62,193 nucleotides of DNA from a virus (lineage: Duplodnaviria; Caudoviricetes). Positions 10,720-19,423 of the stretch are shown here, piece after piece; position 1 is the first letter of the stretch; every line of letters begins with the position of its first letter. The position numbers and the translations under genes are program-made. Where the stretch lies: positions 1 through 62,193 of IMG/VR virus record IMGVR_UViG_3300027736_000047, one strand, 5' to 3'. The notes under the pieces were generated by a model. It was given only the letters and a program-made list of their open reading frames with translations, was not told the DNA's origin and ran no database searches.

Positions 10720-11710
10720 AAGACATGGACTCCGTAATCATTTCATTAATAACCTTCTTAGGAACTTCAAGAAGGAAAGCACAATTATCTTGAACTCCAA
10801 AAGTTAATACTAACTTTCCTTTTATAAGAGTAGCCCCTACACAGAACTCAATTGGTGTATCTAAAAAAGAAAAGGGGGATGTAATACCTACAAAGTTAAA
10901 TTCTTTATCCCAGACAATCATGCGATGTCTGTATACGGAATCTTTTTGATTTAAATAATTTTTCCAAAGTGCAACCTCATGAGTAAAGGCAATGTAGTAA
11001 TCTCCCCAAGCAATTACATTTGTACCACCACGTTGATCAGGAGAAATCGGCGGAGTTTCTTTTACCAGTACCTGCTCACACTCAGACTTATCAGGATTAG
11101 CCTTAACAATCTCAGTAGGCATAGCCCATTTAACAAAGTGATAAGGCATGTCAAGGATAGGCATCCAATTCTTTTCACAGTAGGAGTTAACATCCACAGG
11201 AGGCGGGATACGAACTCTTTGTACCTCTGTGGCTGTCCAATTCTCTTTATCTAATTCGATCTTGGAGTACTCCATGCGACCCTGCCCATTGGTCGTGGTA
11301 TCTCGACGCACACCAATCAGGTAGTAGTTACCATCCCACTGCGTGATGCGTACATCCTCCTCGCCAACAAACTCCCAGATAGATGGAACATCTAACTTTG
11401 AGTAATCAACTTTTGTAAAATTAATTAGATTGTAATCCTTGTCAAGACGGCCTAGGTAGTTGGTCGTAACTAGCCGTTGGTCTTTTTCAGGATGTAGATA
11501 GGAGAGTGGTCCCCAAGGACTAAAAAAACGTTGATCTTTTTCTGAATGATATAGGGTGTAATTTACATGACGAATATTTACTAAGATATCGCCATCATCA
11601 TCAACAAAAATAGATGGATTCATTAAGCCCATACCAGCGGTGGTTGAGTGGGGTAAAATTAGAGGCATTAATTTGCCCCCTTGGAAAACCGATTTTTGCA
11701 CCAAATTCAT
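10709..11710 (-). CDS. Beta-propeller glycoside hydrolase/phosphorylase-like protein (GH130/GH43-like)
   Basis: NPSI, GEEDVR, EKNWMP, RGG, IEFCVG, FGVQD motifs. Confidence 0.7.
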   Translation of the reverse strand: MNLVQKSVFQGGKLMPLILPHSTTAGMGLMNPSIFVDDDGDILVNIRHVNYTLYHSEKDQRFFSPWGPLSYLHPEKDQRLVTTNYLGRLDKDYNLINFTKVDYSKLDVPSIWEFVGEEDVRITQWDGNYYLIGVRRDTTTNGQGRMEYSKIELDKENWTATEVQRVRIPPPVDVNSYCEKNWMPILDMPYHFVKWAMPTEIVKANPDKSECEQVLVKETPPISPDQRGGTNVIAWGDYYIAFTHEVALWKNYLNQKDSVYRHRMIVWDKEFNFVGITSPFSFLDTPIEFCVGATLIKGKLVLTFGVQDNCAFLLEVPKKVINEMITESMSYGN

Positions 11711-11716
11711 AGGGAC

Positions 11717-11722
11717 ACTTTA
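11717..11722 (-). promoter_or_regulatory. -10 box (TAAAGT) of a probable leaderless transcript
   Basis: TANNNT 6 nt upstream of the ATG at 11710; no SD sequence. Confidence 0.55.
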
Positions 11723-11821
11723 GCCCACATAAGCAGCCCGTACCAATTAACCTTTACTTGTTTACCAGTACAAGTAAAATTTTATTAGGTACCTTACTAG
11801 TACCTTTACTTAAGGAGTCAC

Positions 11822-12151
11822 ATGGCAACAACATATAAGGTATTAGGGCAATCTAATCCCTCAGCAACAACAGCAACAACTCTATATACAGTACCCTCCG
11901 CTACTTCAACGGTAGTATCCACAATCACGGTATGTAATCAAGCAGCCTCTGCTGCTACTTTTCGGGTTGCTGTAAGACCTGCTGGTGCAACACTTGCAGC
12001 ACAGCACTACGTTTCTTATGATGCAACTGTGGCTGCAAATGATACGACAGCCCTTACATTAGGTATTACTCTTGCTACTACCGACGTAGTAACCGTGTAT
12101 GCATCAACTGCAACTGTTTCATTTTCAGCATTTGGAAGCGAGATTGCATAA
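11822..12151 (+). CDS. Virion fibre adaptor-like protein
   Basis: MATTYKVLGQ...TLYTVP...FSAFGSEI all-beta A/T/V-rich protein; AAGGAG RBS. Confidence 0.6.
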   Translation: MATTYKVLGQSNPSATTATTLYTVPSATSTVVSTITVCNQAASAATFRVAVRPAGATLAAQHYVSYDATVAANDTTALTLGITLATTDVVTVYASTATVSFSAFGSEIA

Positions 12152-13014
12152 TGGCTATATCTAAACTTAATGTTGTTACTGCAGGACCCAACGCAAGTTC
12201 TGTTACAGTACCTGCGGCAAACACAAACTATTCCGCAACAGTGGCTTTAACTGCTGCTGTTTATACTGTTACTTGCGCTACTACGGTACTAGCAAGAGTT
12301 GCATTTATGTCAAGTGAAACAACAGTAGTTGCTACAGCAGAAACTGCTTCTGGAACTGTAGCCGTAAATATTCCTTCTGCTGTAAACCGTATAAAACTAT
12401 GGACTGATGCTGGTACAAGTATTGTTGTTACAATTACATTAGTAGCGTCTGCTGTAGCACCCGTTGCTGTTAGTGGGACTCTGGATACAATTACATCTTC
12501 AACAACATATACAACAACATCAACCTCTGGTTACGCCTATGTTATGGCTGCTGGCGGTGGCGGTGGCGGTGGCGGTGGTGGTAACGGTGGCGGTGCTGGT
12601 GGCGGTAGCGGCGGTGCTGGAGCGTCACACATAGCACTTACAGGTTCCCTTCCAGTTACTATTGGTGCTAATGGTACTGGTGGACCTGGTGGAACAAATG
12701 GAACTGACGGAGGAACAACCACCTTTGGTGGAATTACTGCTACTGGTGGAAAATCCCCAACTAATGGCTCACTTGGTTATGGCGGTGGCGGTGCAGGTGG
12801 AACAGCAACTGGCGGTACTTGGAATGTTCCAGGAAATGCGGCGGCTTCATCACCTGGTTCAGTAAGTGGCACGTCTGGTGGCAGTAGTGTTACTGCTAAC
12901 TCTGCAATCATTGCAGCAGGATATGCTCGTTCTAATGGTGGCACTGGTGGTTATTACCAGAGTGGATCTGGTAGTGCTGGACAAGGTGGAGTGGTCTATG
13001 TGTTACGTTATTAA
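12151..13014 (+). CDS. Glycine-rich tail fibre/receptor-binding protein
   Basis: GGGGGGG...GGGSGG glycine-rich C-terminal domain ending G.GGVVYVLRY. Confidence 0.7.
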   Translation: MAISKLNVVTAGPNASSVTVPAANTNYSATVALTAAVYTVTCATTVLARVAFMSSETTVVATAETASGTVAVNIPSAVNRIKLWTDAGTSIVVTITLVASAVAPVAVSGTLDTITSSTTYTTTSTSGYAYVMAAGGGGGGGGGGNGGGAGGGSGGAGASHIALTGSLPVTIGANGTGGPGGTNGTDGGTTTFGGITATGGKSPTNGSLGYGGGGAGGTATGGTWNVPGNAAASSPGSVSGTSGGSSVTANSAIIAAGYARSNGGTGGYYQSGSGSAGQGGVVYVLRY

Positions 13015-13071
13015 TTTTGATAAAATTAAAATAATTAATTTTTTTGTTCCTCATATGAAAGGGTATAAATA

Positions 13072-13374
13072 ATGGCAACTTTTGCAGTAATTGAAAATGA
13101 CGTTGTTACTAATACACTTGTTGCTGCATCTTTGACTATTGCTGAGACAATTACTGGTAAAACCTGTGTAGAATACACAGACGAACCAGCAGAACCTGGT
13201 GGTAAATATGTAGGTGGAGTCTTTATCCAACGTAAACCTTATCCTAGTTGGATAAGTCACAACGTATCTTATTGGAAGGCTCCAGTTGATTTACCAACTT
13301 TTGACCCAGAAAACCCAAAAAACTATGTTTGGGATGAGTCTGTTACAAATTGGGTAGAATCTCCTATAGTATAG
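13072..13374 (+). CDS. Tail fibre-associated protein
   Basis: FAVIEN..VTN..VA and PYPSW...WKAPV...WDE motifs; follows glycine-rich fibre. Confidence 0.6.
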   Translation: MATFAVIENDVVTNTLVAASLTIAETITGKTCVEYTDEPAEPGGKYVGGVFIQRKPYPSWISHNVSYWKAPVDLPTFDPENPKNYVWDESVTNWVESPIV

Positions 13375-13396
13375 ATTACTAAAAAGGGGGAGCGTA

Positions 13397-14095
13397 ATAA
13401 ATACTAAGTCTAAAGAAAAAGTAGTTATTGGTTGGTGTGATAACGGTTTAGTAGATGGAACATTTGCTGCAGGATTAATCCAGGTAATACTTAATGCTAA
13501 AAATAACGGTATTAATATATTTGCTGCAATGAATGTTCAAGGCAATCAAATTGGTAAACAAAGACAGATATTATTTGATAATTGGGCAGATTCTACCGAT
13601 ATAGATTGGCTTTTGTGGATAGATTCAGATGTTTCATTATCTATAGATATAGTAAAAAAGTTATGGGATACAGCAGATAAAGATCTTAGACCTATAGTAA
13701 GTGGAATTTATTTTATTTCTAAGAGTACAGGTGACGTACTTATGCAACCTTTTCCAGCCATATTTAAAAACATTGACGAACACACCTTACAATACATACA
13801 CCCTTTACCTGAAAATCAAGTAATAGAAGTTGATTCTGCAGGAATGGGGTTAGTACTTATGCATAGATCTATTGTGTCAAAATTAAGAACAAAATTTCCA
13901 AATCAATCAGTCTTTGCTGAAAAACCTGGTATTGGTAAAGACTTTGTTGGTGAAGACATTGCTTTTTTTAGAAAAGTAAAAGAGGCTGGAATACCAATAC
14001 ACGCTCATACTGGAGCCATAGCAAAACACATAAAACGGTTTCCATTAGATATGAATTATTATGTATCTTACTGGAATTCTTTAAAACCAGAATAA
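13397..14095 (+). CDS. Glycosyltransferase GT-A/GT2-like (non-canonical ATA start inferred)
   Basis: WLLWIDSD (DxD), AGMGLVLMHR, GEDIAF; frame open upstream of ATG 13529 encoding VVIGWCDNGLVDGTF; AGGGGGAG RBS before ATA. Confidence 0.75.
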   Translation: MNTKSKEKVVIGWCDNGLVDGTFAAGLIQVILNAKNNGINIFAAMNVQGNQIGKQRQILFDNWADSTDIDWLLWIDSDVSLSIDIVKKLWDTADKDLRPIVSGIYFISKSTGDVLMQPFPAIFKNIDEHTLQYIHPLPENQVIEVDSAGMGLVLMHRSIVSKLRTKFPNQSVFAEKPGIGKDFVGEDIAFFRKVKEAGIPIHAHTGAIAKHIKRFPLDMNYYVSYWNSLKPE

Positions 14096-14136
14096 TTAAG
14101 GCTGTAACTAATCGTACTTACCCTCACAATTAACCT

Positions 14137-14670
14137 ATGCGTGGTTCTAAAGTCCAAGGACGATTTAAGATTGACTATGAAAACCTTTCTATTAATGAAG
14201 GCATAGTTGATGATCTTCGTGATCCTGTAGGCACAAAAGTTGACTGGTGGGTTTGGGATCAGGCGTATCTAGATGCAAATCCAACTGAAGTCTACGATGA
14301 TATTTACGATACATCTAGTCAAGTAACTGGCAAGGGCCGTCGCTGGAAAGAACCTTTTGATATGCCAGTAATTATGGCGCAACAACTTCGTGGTACTAAC
14401 ATAATGAATGAACGAGGTTTTTACGTAGTAGATACTTTGCGCCTCGTAATTTCTGTTGCAGATATAAATCGTCTACTTCCAGCAATGGTAGGAGACCCAA
14501 GTACGCATATCAAGGACCGTGTTGTATTCCAGAATGAAGTATTTGTACCTACTCGTGTACTTCCTCGTGGACGTTATAAAGATAACTATGCAGTTGTTAC
14601 AATTGATTGCAACTTAGTAAATGCAGAAGAACTTGTCAACGATCCTCAGTTTCAAGCCTACGCCAACTAG
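14137..14670 (+). CDS. Head closure/neck protein
   Basis: Position in structural module; HIKDRVVF beta-barrel-like motif; CACAAT 6 nt upstream. Confidence 0.5.
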   Translation: MRGSKVQGRFKIDYENLSINEGIVDDLRDPVGTKVDWWVWDQAYLDANPTEVYDDIYDTSSQVTGKGRRWKEPFDMPVIMAQQLRGTNIMNERGFYVVDTLRLVISVADINRLLPAMVGDPSTHIKDRVVFQNEVFVPTRVLPRGRYKDNYAVVTIDCNLVNAEELVNDPQFQAYAN

Positions 14671-14678
14671 GAATACAT

Positions 14679-14810
14679 ATGGGAAATTTTGAAGAAAAAT
14701 TAAACCCTTCGCTCTTTGAGTTTGATGATGTAGAATTAGAGGACTTCGACGAAGACCTGTTCGACGAAGACCTAGAAGAAGAGGACGACGATGGCAGCGA
14801 AGAAATCTAA
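14679..14810 (+). CDS. Small highly acidic protein (43 aa)
   Basis: MGNFEEKLNPSLFEFDDVELEDFDEDLFDEDLEEEDDDGSEEI; AGGA RBS. Confidence 0.6.
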   Translation: MGNFEEKLNPSLFEFDDVELEDFDEDLFDEDLEEEDDDGSEEI

Positions 14811-14958
14811 GGGCAAGGTAGAGAAGGTAATGAAGGAGTACAAAGAAGGCAAACTTCATAGCGGATCTAAAAAGGGCCCAGTAGTTAAATCAAAGAAGCA
14901 AGCGGTTGCTATTGCAATGAGTGAATCAGGAATGTCTAAGAAGAGTAAGAAGAAGTAA
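14791..14958 (+). CDS. Small basic protein, DUF6496-like (55 aa; not in ORF track)
   Basis: MAAKKSKGKVEKVMKEYKEGKLHSGSKKGPVVKSKKQAVAIAMSESG...; GAGGA RBS; stop overlaps next start. Confidence 0.8.
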   Translation: MAAKKSKGKVEKVMKEYKEGKLHSGSKKGPVVKSKKQAVAIAMSESGMSKKSKKK

Positions 14959-15140
14959 TGAAAGCACATCACTCAAAAATTGGAGCACGGGCTGGTAAAT
15001 CGCCCCAGAAAAATATTCAAACTGGTCTTACCGAGAGTAAGTATGAGTCTGGTGGGGCAAAATTAAAAAAGAAAAAGGGCTCAATAATAAGGAGACCTAA
15101 AGCCAAAATCCGTTATCCACACAAGAAGTCGGTGGCCTAA
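14958..15140 (+). CDS. Small lysine-rich protein
   Basis: TAATG coupling at both ends. Confidence 0.7.
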   Translation: MKAHHSKIGARAGKSPQKNIQTGLTESKYESGGAKLKKKKGSIIRRPKAKIRYPHKKSVA

Positions 15141-15388
15141 TGGCAGATAAAAAACCAGAGAAGCCAGTAACTCTTGGTATTAAAACTCCTGGAAAAAAGG
15201 CAAAAGTTACTCATAAAGTTTCCAAAAATAAAAAGGGCGACGTAGTTGTAGAACACACCAATACCAATCAAGGTAAGTGGGACAAGATTAACCTTACAAA
15301 AAAGGGTGGATCCACTACTGTAAAGCAGGGTGTCAAGGCTGTAAAGAGTTGGCACAAAAACAATCCTCATAGAAGTCAAGGACGATAA
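15140..15388 (+). CDS. Small lysine-rich protein
   Basis: TAATG coupling at both ends. Confidence 0.7.
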   Translation: MADKKPEKPVTLGIKTPGKKAKVTHKVSKNKKGDVVVEHTNTNQGKWDKINLTKKGGSTTVKQGVKAVKSWHKNNPHRSQGR

Positions 15389-15648
15389 TGGCAAAGACCG
15401 CAGCGTGGCAACGCAAAGAAGGTAAAAATCCAGAGGGTGGATTAAATGCAAAAGGTCGTGCATCATACAAGCGTGAAACTGGCGGAACATTAAAACCTCC
15501 AGTGTCTTCAAAAGAAGCCAAGAAGTCTCCTAAGAAAGCAGCACGTCGTAAATCATTTTGTGCAAGAATGGGCGGTATGCCTGGAGCAATGGAAAAGAAC
15601 GGTAAGCCAACTCGTAAGGCACTAGCATTAAGAAAATGGGATTGCTGA
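15388..15648 (+). CDS. Basic protein, DUF6321-like
   Basis: GGLNAKGRASY...LKPPV...RRKSFCARM...ALRKWDC. Confidence 0.75.
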   Translation: MAKTAAWQRKEGKNPEGGLNAKGRASYKRETGGTLKPPVSSKEAKKSPKKAARRKSFCARMGGMPGAMEKNGKPTRKALALRKWDC

Positions 15649-15788
15649 TGGCAAAATCAGATCCATGTTGGACAGGTTATACTCAGGTAGGAATGAAGAT
15701 GAAGAACGGAAGAAAAGTTCCAAACTGCGTTCCTGAAAAAGGTGTTCCAAAATCAAAAAAACAAACTAAGCAGAAAGCGAGCAAGTAA
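15648..15788 (+). CDS. Small basic protein with CW.GY...VPNCVP motif (46 aa; not in ORF track)
   Basis: MAKSDPCWTGYTQVGMKMKNGRKVPNCVPEK...; coupled start and stop. Confidence 0.75.
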   Translation: MAKSDPCWTGYTQVGMKMKNGRKVPNCVPEKGVPKSKKQTKQKASK

Positions 15789-15853
15789 TGTGTAAATCAT
15801 GTGGCGGGTGTAAGTGCAAATGCTCTGCTTGTACAGGAAAGAAAGGTAAATAA
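15788..15853 (+). CDS. Cys/Lys-rich micropeptide (21 aa)
   Basis: MCKSCGGCKCKCSACTGKKGK; start overlaps previous stop. Confidence 0.6.
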   Translation: MCKSCGGCKCKCSACTGKKGK

Positions 15854-15855
15854 TT

Positions 15856-15933
15856 ATGTGCGTTGGATGCGGATGTTCTAAAGCAAAATGTAAAGGCAAG
15901 GCTTGTAAGTGCAAATGCAAGAAGTGTAAGTAA
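15856..15933 (+). CDS. Cys/Lys-rich metallothionein-like micropeptide (25 aa)
   Basis: MCVGCGCSKAKCKGKACKCKCKKCK; AAAGGT RBS. Confidence 0.6.
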   Translation: MCVGCGCSKAKCKGKACKCKCKKCK

Positions 15934-15935
15934 CC

Positions 15936-16055
15936 ATGTGTGCTACCTGTGGCTGTGGTCAACCAAAGAATAAGCATGGCATGAAGACTCTTGCTGCTGC
16001 TAATAAGAAGTTTGACAAGAAGAAGTCCCCTAAGAAGAAAAAGGATAAAAAGTGA
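15936..16055 (+). CDS. Small basic protein with MCxxCGC start (39 aa)
   Basis: MCATCGCGQPKNKHGMKTLAAANKKFDKKKSPKKKKDKK. Confidence 0.65.
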   Translation: MCATCGCGQPKNKHGMKTLAAANKKFDKKKSPKKKKDKK

Positions 16056-16168
16056 AGAAATCATTAACCCCTAAGCAGAAGAAGATTGCTGGTGCTGCAA
16101 AGCCTGCTGACAAAATTACTGGCGCAGATTTTAAAGCGCTTAAGAAAAAGAAAAAAAAAGTAATTTAA
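16052..16168 (+). CDS. Small basic protein (38 aa)
   Basis: GTGA overlap; MKKSLTPKQKKIAGAAKPADKITGADFKALKKKKKKVI. Confidence 0.65.
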   Translation: MKKSLTPKQKKIAGAAKPADKITGADFKALKKKKKKVI

Positions 16169-16338
16169 TGGCAAAGGTGTCAGATAAGAAGCAGGATGCA
16201 AAGGTCATGAAAGGTATGACTGCAGCAGAAAAGAAGAAGTTTGCCAAGGCTGATAAGGCTATGGATAAGAAGAAGCCATCTCGAACAGAAGATGAAAAGT
16301 TAGATAAGGCTTTAGCCAAAAAGATTAAAAAGAACTAG
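16168..16338 (+). CDS. Small K/D-rich helical protein (56 aa)
   Basis: TAATG overlap; ends just before terminator. Confidence 0.65.
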   Translation: MAKVSDKKQDAKVMKGMTAAEKKKFAKADKAMDKKKPSRTEDEKLDKALAKKIKKN

Positions 16339-16344
16339 AGAGTT

Positions 16345-16371
16345 AGGCCCCGAAAGGGGCCTTTCTTCTTT
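16345..16371 (+). terminator. Intrinsic terminator
   Basis: AGGCCCC-GAAA-GGGGCCT followed by TTCTTCTTT. Confidence 0.85.
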
Positions 16372-16442
16372 ATCATTGCTATATCAGAACACCGCTGCGG
16401 TGCCTGACTACAGTTCCCACTGGTTGCGATAAAGGGGTCTAT

Positions 16443-16649
16443 ATGGCATGGAAGCCTTGGTACATGGAAGTTGCTGAGATGAACAATCAGCATGAACGTG
16501 AAGAGTTTATAAAGGGTGTGTTTGGATTCCGCCCTAAAGAAAAACGTCCCGCTATCGCATCGCTTATTGCAGGTACAGCCGTAGCCTATTTGGCTGGTGC
16601 TGCTTACGTTGGAACAAAAGCGAAAGCGAAAGCGAAGAAAAAGAAGTGA
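16443..16649 (+). CDS. Small membrane protein
   Basis: One hydrophobic segment followed by a lysine-rich tail; AAGGGG RBS. Confidence 0.6.
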   Translation: MAWKPWYMEVAEMNNQHEREEFIKGVFGFRPKEKRPAIASLIAGTAVAYLAGAAYVGTKAKAKAKKKK

Positions 16650-16966
16650 CTTACCTTTCTAAAATAAGGACTTCTTTAAACAAATCTAGTCTTGAAACTA
16701 CACGCATGATGTCTGCACATCTTCGGGCTGAAACCCGTGCCTCTGGATGGCCTGAGCACATTGTTCGTGGGATGCACGTCTCTTATGATGACGGCGCCTT
16801 TTCAGTTCGTTCTCACCCAGATCATCGTGCTGAAGTTTTAAATTTAGAGTACGGCACTCCAGGTACTCAACCAACCGCTGCAATTCGTAGATATAGCAAT
16901 AGAACAGCCGAAGCAGAAAAGTTTTTATTGGGTAGAACAGCGCAGCATTTAAAGGCTTCCTCATGA
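16646..16966 (+). CDS. Tail completion/neck protein (HK97 gp10-like)
   Basis: LEYGT motif; position before tail terminator. Confidence 0.55.
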   Translation: MTYLSKIRTSLNKSSLETTRMMSAHLRAETRASGWPEHIVRGMHVSYDDGAFSVRSHPDHRAEVLNLEYGTPGTQPTAAIRRYSNRTAEAEKFLLGRTAQHLKASS

Positions 16967-17859
16967 GTTTTTTATTAGAAGAGGATGAAGCACTTCGTAA
17001 TCTCCTTAAAGAGATGACGGTTACAGATCAAAAGGCATCCTCTGCTGCTGCAAAAACAGTAACAAGGAAGGCACTTACTACGAACGTTGTAACTTTAACA
17101 ACCTCTACTAACCATGAGTTTGAAGTGGGTGACACCATAACAGTTTCTGGTATAGGTACTCCTTTTAATGGTTCTTACTTAGTTACTGCGATTCCATCAG
17201 TAACTACCTTTAAGTATGCAAAGGTCAATGCAAACATTGTTAGTGTTGCTTCAGGTGGCACAGTAACTCCAGGTACTACTAGAAAAGTGGGAGTCTGGTT
17301 TGGACAACCTGATCAAGAAATTCGTAGTCAAAGTTATCCTTATATAACTATTGACATGATAGACATGGCTGAAGATTTTCAACGGTCAATGCGTGGTAAA
17401 GTAAAACCAGCCTACTTATCAAACCCAGATACAATTGATGGTACAACTGCCTTTAATACAACCACTAATAATTGGGAAATTGATTTTCCTGTTCCAGTAA
17501 ATATTGACTATCAAATAACTACTTATGCTCGTCAACCCCGTCATGACCGAGAAATTTTGGCGCAGTTATTATTCACAAAGATTCCATTACGATTTGCTGT
17601 TTTAGAAACTGGTCCAAATACCAGTGCTGGAACAACACGTCGTTTGGATGTTTTAGATGTCGCTAAAAGAGACATTACAGAACAAGGAAAACGCTTATTT
17701 GTAAATGCAATAACGGTGCGTGTCTCTAGCGAGATTGCACCAGTACTTTATAATAAGTTCTACAAGGTTAGTACACTAAACGTAACAGGCACAACTGGCA
17801 GCGCCAAAATTGGTCGTGGTCAATTTACGCCAATCTCGTACACAACACAGGCACCATAA
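16963..17859 (+). CDS. Tail terminator/sheath-stabilising protein with inserted beta domain
   Basis: YPYITIDM and PVNIDYQITTY motifs; directly before sheath. Confidence 0.65.
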   Translation: MSFLLEEDEALRNLLKEMTVTDQKASSAAAKTVTRKALTTNVVTLTTSTNHEFEVGDTITVSGIGTPFNGSYLVTAIPSVTTFKYAKVNANIVSVASGGTVTPGTTRKVGVWFGQPDQEIRSQSYPYITIDMIDMAEDFQRSMRGKVKPAYLSNPDTIDGTTAFNTTTNNWEIDFPVPVNIDYQITTYARQPRHDREILAQLLFTKIPLRFAVLETGPNTSAGTTRRLDVLDVAKRDITEQGKRLFVNAITVRVSSEIAPVLYNKFYKVSTLNVTGTTGSAKIGRGQFTPISYTTQAP

Positions 17860-17891
17860 GGAAACCCCTACCCAACTAGCAAGGAGAAATC

Positions 17892-19403
17892 ATGGCTTAT
17901 AGCCGTCCAGGTGTTTACATTAGTGAACGCCTATTACCACCAGTAATTCCTAATGGAGTTACTGCAGATGCTGCTGGCGCAGTTGTTGCACCTTTTGCAC
18001 AAGGCCCAGAAACAGTAACGCTTGTTTCATCTTGGTATGAATTTACCAAGTACTTTGGAGGTTACAACGCCTCTTATCCAGCCACCTTCCAGGTTGGCTC
18101 ATTCTTTGCTAATGGTGGACGTGAACTTTATGTTCAACGTCTACTTGCGGCCAACGCTGTTGCTGCATCTAGAAGTTTAGTAGATTCAGGTAGCGTTGCA
18201 CGAGTAACTGTTACATCTAAAAATGCTGGAACAGATGGAAATAATCTTCGTGTTGTTGTTACTGCTGGTGAAGTTGCTAGTACCTACACCCTAACTCTTT
18301 ACAAAGAGTCTGGTGTAGCAAATGATATAACTGATGACATCCTTCTTGAACAATATTCAAATGTTGTTTTTAATGATGCTACATCTAGTGATTACGCTCC
18401 AACAGTAATTAACTTATTATCATCAAATATTACAGTTGCTGTTATCGCTGGGTATGCTGGTCAAGGTATTACAAGTGCTACCTATCCACTAACAGGTGGA
18501 TCAAATGGTTCAGCAACAGCATCTACTGATTACACCAATTATAAGGCTGGTGGTTCTTCAGTCTTTGAACGGTTTACATCTTTTGATCGTCCATTAGTTG
18601 TTTTCATTCCTGACGCAAATGCATTAGCATCTGGAACAGTTGGGGTATTTGATGCCGCAACTTCTTGGGCAGAAAGCAATAATGGATTTGTAGTTCTTGG
18701 AACTGATCCTGATTTAACAGTAGCAAATGCGGTTACTTTTGCAGCAAGTCTTACTGATACAAGCAATGCTGCTGTTTACTATCCAAACGTTTATATATCT
18801 GATCCACTTGGACGTGGCACAGGATCTCTTCGTAAGATAGAGCCAGCAGGTGCTGTAGTTGGTTTATACCTATCCACTGATGCAAGCCGTGGCGTATTCA
18901 AAGCCCCAGCAGGTATTGGTTCAGCAATTCAAGGAATTGTTGCTGTAGAAAAAACATTTACGTCTACAGAACTTGACACAATGAATGCAAGCACATCTCC
19001 TGTAAATCCAATTCGTCAAATTCCTGGCGCTGGACTTTCAGTTATGGGTGCCCGCACATTGAAGCAAGATGGGACAGCAAACAAGTATGTAAACATGCGT
19101 CGTTCTTTAATTTACATTCGTAAGAATTTAAAAAATCTTACTGAGTTTGCAATATTTGAAAATAATGATGAACAATTGTGGTCACGTATTAATACTGCTC
19201 TTGGTTCATTCTTAAATGAATATCGTAACCAAGGCGGTCTTCGTGGTGCAATTGCTTCACAGGCTTACTTTGTTAAGTGTGATGCTGAAAACAACACAGC
19301 ACAAACAATTGCAAATGGTGAAGTACACATTCAAGTTGGTGTTGCTCTTCAGTATCCAGCAGAGTTCATCGTCATCGACCTCAGCCAAAAGACGCTGAAT
19401 TAA
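17892..19403 (+). CDS. Tail sheath protein
   Basis: YSRPGVYISE, AVYYP, RGVFKAPAG, GARTL, YVNMRR, FENND, PAEFIVI. Confidence 0.95.
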   Translation: MAYSRPGVYISERLLPPVIPNGVTADAAGAVVAPFAQGPETVTLVSSWYEFTKYFGGYNASYPATFQVGSFFANGGRELYVQRLLAANAVAASRSLVDSGSVARVTVTSKNAGTDGNNLRVVVTAGEVASTYTLTLYKESGVANDITDDILLEQYSNVVFNDATSSDYAPTVINLLSSNITVAVIAGYAGQGITSATYPLTGGSNGSATASTDYTNYKAGGSSVFERFTSFDRPLVVFIPDANALASGTVGVFDAATSWAESNNGFVVLGTDPDLTVANAVTFAASLTDTSNAAVYYPNVYISDPLGRGTGSLRKIEPAGAVVGLYLSTDASRGVFKAPAGIGSAIQGIVAVEKTFTSTELDTMNASTSPVNPIRQIPGAGLSVMGARTLKQDGTANKYVNMRRSLIYIRKNLKNLTEFAIFENNDEQLWSRINTALGSFLNEYRNQGGLRGAIASQAYFVKCDAENNTAQTIANGEVHIQVGVALQYPAEFIVIDLSQKTLN

Positions 19404-19423
19404 TCCAAAGGAGAAATAAATAA

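Noticed and set aside
12537-12722. Proline-rich minus-strand ORF
   Set aside because: Antisense of the glycine-rich fibre codons
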